Below are positions 54,403 to 64,000 of a stretch of 64,000 nucleotides of DNA, in pieces. Below the pieces are notes generated by a model. The model had not been told where the DNA came from, ran no database searches, and saw only the letters and a list, made by a program, of their open reading frames with translations. The translations under genes were made by a program, and so were the position numbers. The DNA is from an uncultured Prochlorococcus sp. (lineage in GTDB: Bacteria > Cyanobacteriota > Cyanobacteriia > PCC-6307 > Cyanobiaceae). The stretch is taken from positions 27,112-91,111 of the forward strand of contig CAYSSQ010000001.1 in NCBI GenBank assembly GCA_964433825.1. The letters run 5' to 3'. Every line of letters begins with the position of its first letter. Positions within the stretch are counted from its first letter, which is position 1.

Positions 54403-55809
54403 TTAACTATAAAAATTTAGTAATAGCCACGTTGCTGTATTTAAGTAAATATAAACTCCAGCAATGTCAGTGACAGTTGTTATAAACGGAGAGGACATCA
54501 AAGCAGGATCTAGTCCCATTTTATCAAATAGCAAAGGCAAAACTGCTCCTGCCGTTGCTGCAAGTGTCGTAATAGCAATTAAGCTAATCCCTACTGCAAG
54601 CCCGATCAGAGGGCCTTCCCCTAACCACCAAGCAAAAGGAATTACAACTATTAACATCAATATACCGAGTAATGCTCCAGTTAATGACTCTTTAAAAATT
54701 GCTTTGAGAGGACCAAGAGATTTGATTTTCTGAGTACTTAAACCTCTAATCACAACTGTTGAACTTTGTGCTCCAACATTTCCTCCCGTGCCGATTAATA
54801 AAGGAATAAAAGCAGCTAAAAGGACAACTTTACTTAAAATTTGATCATTCATTGCAATAACTCTTGTCGTCAAACCATTAGCCAACACCAGAATCAACAA
54901 CCAAACGATTCTTCTTCTGGCAATAGTAAATAAACCACTCTGGAAATAGTCATCTTCATCACCCGGTTGCACTGCTCCTGCTGCATATATATCTCTTGTA
55001 GCTTCTTGCTCAATAACATCAATTAAATCATCAACTGTTACTATGCCAACAAGTCTCTTCTCCTTATCTACAACAGGAAGAGCTAAAAAGTCATACCTCT
55101 GAATAGCTCTTGCAACTTCCTCTTGATTAGTATTAGTAGTAATATTCACTACCTCTCTTGTCATTACATCACCTATTTGCTGCTTTGGTTCAGCTGTAAC
55201 TAAATCTCGCAAAGATAAAATACCTGTTAAATGTCTTTCTTTATCCGTGACATATAAGCTATATATTGTCTCTGTAAAAGGCGCTCTTTTCCTAACAAGC
55301 GACAATGCTTCTTCGGCAGTTTGCATTTCTTTGAGATCAATAAATTCAGTCGTCATTAATCTTCCAGCAGTCTCTGGCTCATAACCCAATAGTTGTGCAG
55401 TAACTTTCCTCTCACCTGGACTTAAAGCAGATAATAATTTTCTCACAACTTTAGCTGGCAACTCATCAAATAACTGGACCCTATCATCCGGAGACATCTT
55501 CTCAACAATTTCTAGAACCTCTCCTGATCTAAGTCTATCTAGAAGAGTTTGCTGAACTATTGGATCTAAATATTCATAAACTTCGATAGCTTCATTCTTC
55601 TTCAGTAATCTAAATGCTAATGCTTGAAGAATTTGAGGCAATTTACCTATCCCCTCGGCTATGTCAACTGGCTGAGAAGGCTCAAGGATAAGCTTTGCCG
55701 CATCATAGCTACCAGCAATTAAGAGCTCTTCTAGCTGATAAGCAATCTTCTCGCTAGATGTTAATTCTCCAGAGACCTTAACGTAATTATTTTCAATATC
55801 TTCATTCAT
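54403..55809 (-). CDS. mgtE: Magnesium transporter MgtE
   Basis: TAGRLMT, CBS pair, GNVGAQS, DPALMSSPFITTVTD. Confidence 0.95.
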   Translation of the reverse strand: MNEDIENNYVKVSGELTSSEKIAYQLEELLIAGSYDAAKLILEPSQPVDIAEGIGKLPQILQALAFRLLKKNEAIEVYEYLDPIVQQTLLDRLRSGEVLEIVEKMSPDDRVQLFDELPAKVVRKLLSALSPGERKVTAQLLGYEPETAGRLMTTEFIDLKEMQTAEEALSLVRKRAPFTETIYSLYVTDKERHLTGILSLRDLVTAEPKQQIGDVMTREVVNITTNTNQEEVARAIQRYDFLALPVVDKEKRLVGIVTVDDLIDVIEQEATRDIYAAGAVQPGDEDDYFQSGLFTIARRRIVWLLILVLANGLTTRVIAMNDQILSKVVLLAAFIPLLIGTGGNVGAQSSTVVIRGLSTQKIKSLGPLKAIFKESLTGALLGILMLIVVIPFAWWLGEGPLIGLAVGISLIAITTLAATAGAVLPLLFDKMGLDPALMSSPFITTVTDIAGVYIYLNTATWLLLNFYS

Positions 55810-55853
55810 AATTTAATCCAAAGAATACTCTTCATTCCCATTATTAATTATAT

Positions 55854-56186
55854 TTATTGAGGAAACCTTTTTCCAATTAAAAAGCCTAAATACATAATCA
55901 TTACATTTGCAATAACGACAAAATTAATTATAAAAAAGAAATTTAACAGTTTTCCAGTAACGAGTATTCGAAAAAAAATAGGAAGAAAACCACTAAATGT
56001 TGTAAAGGAGGAAAAAAAAGCAATAAAGAATATTTTATTTGACTTATTTAGAAATTTCTGAGGAATAAGAATGCCAAATATGAATGAAGCGAGAAAAGAA
56101 ATTAAAAAAATATTATCTATATAAAATCTTAAAAATAAGGCACAATTAGAAATAAATATGACAAGAAATAGTTTATGAACTTTCAA
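55854..56186 (-). CDS. crcB: Fluoride channel Fluc/CrcB homolog (degenerate)
   Basis: Four TM segments, FSSFTTFSGF motif; adjacent to a second crcB. Confidence 0.65.
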   Translation of the reverse strand: MKVHKLFLVIFISNCALFLRFYIDNIFLISFLASFIFGILIPQKFLNKSNKIFFIAFFSSFTTFSGFLPIFFRILVTGKLLNFFFIINFVVIANVMIMYLGFLIGKRFPQ

Positions 56187-56554
56187 TATATTATGACTTT
56201 AGTAATAAAATAACCCATCACAAACAATAAAAACGAACAAATTAAAGCATTAATATAGTATTTAAAAAATTGATGATATCTTTGCTCTTTTATTAAAGTG
56301 AATAAATGGAAAATAAAAGATGAAAAAGTACTGAAACATCCTAAAAAACCTACAGAAAACATTAAACAAATCCTGTAGCTACTAATATTAAGAGCCATAT
56401 AAATTCCGACTAAAAGACTTGATATGAGGTTTACCACTAAAAATTTTTCAAGTCTTAAGCCAAATATATTACTGCCTTTTCTTAAGATAAATAATCTACA
56501 TAAAACGCCGAAAGAACCACCTAAGATCAAATAAATGATTGATTCAAAACTCAA
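56183..56554 (-). CDS. crcB: Fluoride channel Fluc/CrcB homolog
   Basis: GGSFGVLCR, LVVNLISS and GFLGCFSTFSSF. Confidence 0.8.
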   Translation of the reverse strand: MSFESIIYLILGGSFGVLCRLFILRKGSNIFGLRLEKFLVVNLISSLLVGIYMALNISSYRICLMFSVGFLGCFSTFSSFIFHLFTLIKEQRYHQFFKYYINALICSFLLFVMGYFITKVIIY

Positions 56555-56557
56555 AGC

Positions 56558-58839
<2,282 letters not shown>

Positions 58840-58994
58840 TTAGATCAAAATAAAATAAAATAAACCTTTTTCAAAATATTAAAATAAAAGGTATCGAACT
58901 TAATTTACCATTGGTATCTATGTAAGGCTTGAAATAATTGAATAATTTAATCACTTCTACAATTTCGTCACAACTTTTCAAGCAACTTTTTAAT

Positions 58995-59894
58995 ATGTTT
59001 CCTTCAAAACCTTTAGTGATAGTATTATTAGGCCCTACTGCAAGCGGGAAAACAGATTTAGCTATAGATTTAGCGAAGCACTTCAAAATAAATATACATA
59101 ATATTGACTCTCGACAAATTTACAAAGAGATGAATATTGGGACAGCAAAACCAACAATAGAACAACAGAATCAAATAAAACATTTTTTATTGGATATTGA
59201 ACTCCCAAATAAACATATAAATGTAAAGCAATTTCAAGAAATTGCTATGAATTCGATCAATAATGAGATCGAGAAAAAAAAATTTCCATTTCTTGTAGGT
59301 GGTAGTGGCTTGTATTTAAATTCAATAATTAGCGGATTTATTACTCCAGGGGTACCTCCTCAAGAACAATTCAGAAAAAAGTTATTAAAACTTGGTCAAC
59401 ACAAATGCTGGAATTTATTGAAGTTATGTGATCCTCAAGCAACAGATTTAATCAACTTCTCTGATAGTACAAGAACTATAAGAGCATTAGAAGTATTTTA
59501 CGCAACAGGGAAGACAATGGCATCGCAACAGTTTATGAATCCCCCGCCATGGAAGATTTTAGAACTTGGACTTGATAGAGATGACTTAAAAGATAGAATC
59601 TCGAGAAGAGCAAAATATATGTTTTATAATGGAATCGTTGAAGAAACAAACACAATAATTGAAAAATATGGTTCTGAACTCCCTTTATTAAGAACGATTG
59701 GTTATTACGAGGCAAAATTAGTTTTAGAAAACAACTTAAGTATTGAAAAAGCTATTGCAAGTACAATTAAAAAAACTATAAACTTTGCCAAAAGGCAAAG
59801 AACATGGTTTCGTAATAAAAATAAACCAATTTGGCTTAACACCACAAACCCTCTAAAAGATGCAATAATTAAAATAGAGTCTGCAATTTGCTAA
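58995..59894 (+). CDS. miaA: tRNA dimethylallyltransferase
   Basis: [27 protein letters not shown] and AKRQRTWF; start at ATG 58995 preferred. Confidence 0.95.
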   Translation: MFPSKPLVIVLLGPTASGKTDLAIDLAKHFKINIHNIDSRQIYKEMNIGTAKPTIEQQNQIKHFLLDIELPNKHINVKQFQEIAMNSINNEIEKKKFPFLVGGSGLYLNSIISGFITPGVPPQEQFRKKLLKLGQHKCWNLLKLCDPQATDLINFSDSTRTIRALEVFYATGKTMASQQFMNPPPWKILELGLDRDDLKDRISRRAKYMFYNGIVEETNTIIEKYGSELPLLRTIGYYEAKLVLENNLSIEKAIASTIKKTINFAKRQRTWFRNKNKPIWLNTTNPLKDAIIKIESAIC

Positions 59895-59931
59895 CTTATT
59901 ATAAATAGTTTAAATCTCAAACAAACACTGA

Positions 59932-60504
59932 ATGCCACCACGCCCACGCTTTGACCGCCGCACTCCCGTAAGAGAGCTTCCTAACATAAACGAAAGGATC
60001 AGTTATCCTGAATTAAGAGTTGTTGACTCAGATGGTAAACAATTAGGCGTTATCGATAGACTTAAGGCACTTGAAATAGCTTCAAACAGAGAATTAGACC
60101 TTGTTCTTGTAAGCGAGAAAGCTACTCCTCCTGTTTGTAGGATTATGGATTACGGAAAATATAAATTTGAACAAGAAAAAAAAGCCAAAGAGGCAAGAAA
60201 AAAATCTCATCAGACTGAAGTTAAAGAAGTAAAAATGAGATATAAAATTGATAAACATGATTATGATGTCAGAATTGGTCAAGCACAGAGATTCTTAAAA
60301 TCAGGAGATAAAGTCAAATGTACTGTGATATTCAGAGGAAGAGAAATTCAGCATTCGAACTTAGCGGAGACACTTCTTCTGAAAATGGCAACTGATCTAG
60401 AAGAGCAATCAGAGGTTCAACAATCACCAAAAAGAGAGGGAAGAAATATGATAATGTTTTTAAGTCCAAGAAAAACGCCTTTGGAAAAAAAAGATGAAAA
60501 ATAA
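59932..60504 (+). CDS. infC: Translation initiation factor IF-3
   Basis: [31 protein letters not shown] and FRGRE. Confidence 0.97.
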   Translation: MPPRPRFDRRTPVRELPNINERISYPELRVVDSDGKQLGVIDRLKALEIASNRELDLVLVSEKATPPVCRIMDYGKYKFEQEKKAKEARKKSHQTEVKEVKMRYKIDKHDYDVRIGQAQRFLKSGDKVKCTVIFRGREIQHSNLAETLLLKMATDLEEQSEVQQSPKREGRNMIMFLSPRKTPLEKKDEK

Positions 60505-60541
60505 AAATTTTTCATATTTCATCATTTTATTTTCAAAATTT

Positions 60542-60571
60542 ATGACAAATGTTAAAGTGTCACTATATAAA
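60542..60571 (+). promoter_or_regulatory. Putative sigma-70 promoter of the GntR gene with an overlapping inverted repeat
   Basis: ATGACA (60542) then 18 nt then TATAAA (60566); TGACA-N10-TGTCA at 60543-60562. Confidence 0.4.
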
Positions 60572-60595
60572 AACTAAACAAATATCAAATTCAGC

Positions 60596-61582
60596 GTGAG
60601 ATTCCATATACAACAAGAAAGTGATATACCAGCTTCTACACAGCTCTATAATCAAATATGCTTCGCTATCGCTGCGAGGCATTATCCTCCTGGTCACAGG
60701 CTTCCCAGTACAAGACAGTTAGCGATGCAAACTGGTCTTCACAGAAATACTATCAGCAAAGTTTACAGGCAATTAGAAACAGATGGAGTTGTAGAGGCAA
60801 TGGCTGGATCGGGTATATATGTGAGGGATCAATTACAGAAAAAAGAATTTAAAGATTCAGTAAATTCAAAAAATTATTTGAATAAAAATCCAATTGAAGA
60901 GTCAAAAAAAATAATTGATCTGCTTATTCAATTAGGATGTTCTTTACAAGAAGCAAGAAAATTATTAACTGATGAAATTGACTGGAGAATTAAATGCGGA
61001 GCAAGAGTTTTAGTAAGTACTCCTAGAGAAGATATTGGGGCCTCAATGTTAATTGCAGAAGATTTATCTCCAAAAGTCAATGTACCTGTAGAAGTTGTAC
61101 CAATGGAAGAACTAGAAAAAGTTCTTTGCAACTCTAATAATGGGACCATAGTAACCAGTAGATATTTTTTACAGCCGTTGGAGAAACTTGCAAAGAAATA
61201 TGGAGTAAGAGCTATAGCTGTAGATCTCAGCGATTTCCAAAAAGAACTTAAAATGTTAAAGGAATTAAGGCCAGGTAGCTGTGTAGGAATAGTAAGCATA
61301 AGTCCAGGTCTGCTTAGAGCTGCAGAAGTAATTCTTCACAGCATAAGAGGTAATGATATATTATTGATGACTGCAAATCCTGAGAACAACAGCAGATTAC
61401 TTGCTTTGTTAAGAGCATCTAATCATGTTTTATGTGATGGACCAAGTTTATCAGAGGTGGAAAGTACATTAACAAAAAACAGATCTCAATTAATGAGGAT
61501 ACCCTCACTACATTGTGCTGCAAACTATTTAAGTAAAGATACAATTGATCAACTTAAAAAAGAAATTGGGATAGCAAACTAG
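60596..61582 (+). CDS. plmA: GntR family regulator, cyanobacterial PlmA subfamily
   Basis: IPASTQLYNQICFAIA..GHRLPSTRQLAMQTGLHRNTISKVYRQLE..GSGIYV plus a long C-terminal domain. Confidence 0.85.
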   Translation: MRFHIQQESDIPASTQLYNQICFAIAARHYPPGHRLPSTRQLAMQTGLHRNTISKVYRQLETDGVVEAMAGSGIYVRDQLQKKEFKDSVNSKNYLNKNPIEESKKIIDLLIQLGCSLQEARKLLTDEIDWRIKCGARVLVSTPREDIGASMLIAEDLSPKVNVPVEVVPMEELEKVLCNSNNGTIVTSRYFLQPLEKLAKKYGVRAIAVDLSDFQKELKMLKELRPGSCVGIVSISPGLLRAAEVILHSIRGNDILLMTANPENNSRLLALLRASNHVLCDGPSLSEVESTLTKNRSQLMRIPSLHCAANYLSKDTIDQLKKEIGIAN

Positions 61583-61588
61583 AAAGTT

Positions 61589-62329
61589 ATGTTGAATACT
61601 TTTAAATCAGATATTGCAATCATCAAAGAGAGAGATCCAGCCGCAAGAGGCATCTTAGAAATTTTATTATGCTATCCTGGTTTTCAAGCAATTTCTATTC
61701 ATCGTTTTACGCACGCTTTGTGGAAATATAAATTACCAATAATTCCGAGATTATTAAGTCAACTTAATAGATCCTTAACTGGGATTGAAATTCATCCTGG
61801 AGCAAAAATTGGCAAAAGAGTGTTTATAGATCATGGCATGGGAGTTGTTATAGGAGAAACAGCTGAAATTGGTGATAATTGTTTACTTTATCAAGGTGTA
61901 ACTTTAGGAGGTACTGGTAAAAGTCATGGGAAAAGACACCCTACATTAAAAAGGAACGTTGTTATCGGAGCTGGAGCAAAAGTACTTGGTTCAATTACTG
62001 TTGGAGCCAATACCAGAATAGGAGCAGGATCTGTTGTTGTAAGAAGTGTCGATAGTAACAGTACAGTAGTTGGCGTTCCAGGGAGGGTAGTCCATCAAAG
62101 CGGGGTTAAAATCAATCCTCTTGCACACTCTGCCTTGCCAGATGCAGAAGCGAACGTCATTAGAAACCTAATGGATCGAATTGATCAATTAGAGAATCAA
62201 ATCAATAGATTGCAAAAAACAGTACAAAGCATGGCTAATGATGAAGCAATTGATATTTCTCAGCTAGGCGATGCTCAGAACTTAAAGGACAAAGAGATAA
62301 TAGAATTTCTTGGAGACAACAAAAATTGA
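61589..62329 (+). CDS. cysE: Serine O-acetyltransferase
   Basis: ERDPAAR, TGIEIHPGA, FIDHGMGVVIGET, VTLGGTG and KRHP. Confidence 0.97.
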   Translation: MLNTFKSDIAIIKERDPAARGILEILLCYPGFQAISIHRFTHALWKYKLPIIPRLLSQLNRSLTGIEIHPGAKIGKRVFIDHGMGVVIGETAEIGDNCLLYQGVTLGGTGKSHGKRHPTLKRNVVIGAGAKVLGSITVGANTRIGAGSVVVRSVDSNSTVVGVPGRVVHQSGVKINPLAHSALPDAEANVIRNLMDRIDQLENQINRLQKTVQSMANDEAIDISQLGDAQNLKDKEIIEFLGDNKN

Positions 62330-64000
62330 TTATTCCTTCGAATCATTCTCTAGCTTAGGTTGAAACATAAACATAGAGTAAATTACATTTCTCCTCATAT
62401 TTGTCATCATCTCCAAAAACATATCATAGCCTTCGTTTTTATATTCAATTAGAGGGTCTTTCTGCCCATAGCCTCGTAAGCCAACAGATTCTCTCAAAGA
62501 ATCCATAGATTGCAGATGTTCTCTCCATAAATTATCTATTTGTTGCAAAATAAAAAATCTCTCAGCTTCTCTCATTAAGCCAGGGCGATAATTTTCTATT
62601 TGTGCTTCTTTTAAATTATATGCGGTTCTCAATTGTTCCTTGAGATAATTCTTTAATTCTGAAACTGATAAAGAGAAGATATCGTCTTTATTAAGATCCT
62701 CTAATAAATATATAAATTCCTTAACTTTGGCAATTAATTGGTCTAGATCCCACTCTTCAGGGGGCAAATCTTGGTTTATATAGGCTTCTACGATCTCTTC
62801 CATTGTAATTTCTCCATAACCAATAACCTGCTTCTTCAAATCTATTCCTTTTAAAACACGTAGTCTTTCTGAATAAACAGCTTTCCTCTGATTATTCATA
62901 ACTTCATCATATTCAAAAACTTGCTTCCTAATATCATAATAATAGGTTTCTACTTTTTTCTGAGCACCCTCTAAAGACCTGGTTAACATTCCCGACTCAA
63001 TTGGCATATCTTCATCGACTCTAAATGCATTCATAAGATTAGCGACCCTATCGCCTCCAAATATCCTAAGTAAATTATCCTCTAAGGATAAGAAAAAACG
63101 GGTACTTCCTAAATCTCCTTGTCTACCTGCTCTTCCTCTTAGCTGATTATCAACTCTTCTAGATTCATGCCTTTCAGTACCAATTACATGTAAGCCTCCT
63201 GCAGCTCTAACATTTTCCTCTTCTTGGATTAAAACAGTTTCATATTCACTTTTAATATTAGATAATACTTCTCTAATGGATTGAATAAGTGTGTCTTCCG
63301 TAGGTGCTTTTTCAGCTGCTGTAGCTATTCTATCTTCTAACTCAATATTGCTCAAACTTCTTTCACCCCAGCCCTCAATAAGCTTTTTAGATAATAGATT
63401 TAAATCGTTTTCTGTATGCTCACCTAACTGGCAAGGGAATAAATTTTTAACGTTATTAAGATTATTCCTATTACCAGTTGTTGATTTATTTTTTGATTGC
63501 TTTGAAAATCCCTCTACAGATTTAGCTGCTCTCTGTTGAGGAATTGGAGGTTTATGTTCGTCGTCAGGTTTAACCAGCAAGGGCATTAGTGTCTCTTTTA
63601 GTTTTAGCCTAGCCATATAGTCACTATTTCCACCTAAAATAATATCCGTTCCTCTTCCAGCCATATTAGTAGCAATTGTCACCGCCCCAGATCTTCCAGC
63701 CTGAGCAACTATTTCAGCTTCTCTCTCAACATTCTCTGGCTTAGCATTTAATAGATTATGTGGTATTTGCTGTTCATATAGCAGTGAGCTAAGTAGTTCA
63801 CTTTTTTCAACACTCGTTGTTCCTACTAAAACTGGTCTACCCTTCTTATGTATCTCAGCAGTTTCATTTGCTACAGCCCGCCATTTACCTATTTCTGTTT
63901 TAAAAACCTGATCAGACCAATCTTGCCTTTTTCTTGTTTTGTTAGTTGGAATAACAGTAGATTGTAATTTATATGTCTTCTCAAATTCTACTTCTTCAGT
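62330..64000 (-). CDS. secA: Preprotein translocase SecA, C-terminal part (start lies beyond the right edge)
   Basis: Frame open to the window end ([15 protein letters not shown]); [34 protein letters not shown] and QKDPLIEYK. Confidence 0.97.
   Translation of the reverse strand, partial: TEEVEFEKTYKLQSTVIPTNKTRKRQDWSDQVFKTEIGKWRAVANETAEIHKKGRPVLVGTTSVEKSELLSSLLYEQQIPHNLLNAKPENVEREAEIVAQAGRSGAVTIATNMAGRGTDIILGGNSDYMARLKLKETLMPLLVKPDDEHKPPIPQQRAAKSVEGFSKQSKNKSTTGNRNNLNNVKNLFPCQLGEHTENDLNLLSKKLIEGWGERSLSNIELEDRIATAAEKAPTEDTLIQSIREVLSNIKSEYETVLIQEEENVRAAGGLHVIGTERHESRRVDNQLRGRAGRQGDLGSTRFFLSLEDNLLRIFGGDRVANLMNAFRVDEDMPIESGMLTRSLEGAQKKVETYYYDIRKQVFEYDEVMNNQRKAVYSERLRVLKGIDLKKQVIGYGEITMEEIVEAYINQDLPPEEWDLDQLIAKVKEFIYLLEDLNKDDIFSLSVSELKNYLKEQLRTAYNLKEAQIENYRPGLMREAERFFILQQIDNLWREHLQSMDSLRESVGLRGYGQKDPLIEYKNEGYDMFLEMMTNMRRNVIYSMFMFQPKLENDSKE

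Overview
This is a 64-kb, AT-rich, gene-dense stretch of a marine picocyanobacterial chromosome. It is most likely Prochlorococcus of a high-light-type lineage, judged from psaD/psaC, ho1-pebA-pebB without phycobiliprotein genes, and the gene order from ppc to secA. The content is almost entirely core genome: about 68 CDSs (ppc and secA are cut by the window edges), tRNA-Cys(GCA), tRNA-Arg(CCT), RNase P RNA (rnpB) and a TPP riboswitch before thiC. I found no integrase, transposase, prophage, CRISPR array or genomic island, and no clear new multi-gene system. The best leads are: (1) a ~300-bp spacer between the LMW-PTP gene and pebB with coding-like GC and internal repeats, which may be a decayed phycobilisome-region gene or an sRNA; (2) a palindrome over the putative plmA promoter; (3) two pairs of uncharacterised genes, each including a small Cys-motif protein; (4) HLR1/RpaB-like repeats; (5) an asymmetric Fluc pair linked to mgtE. 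All assignments come from motif recognition by eye; no searches were run.
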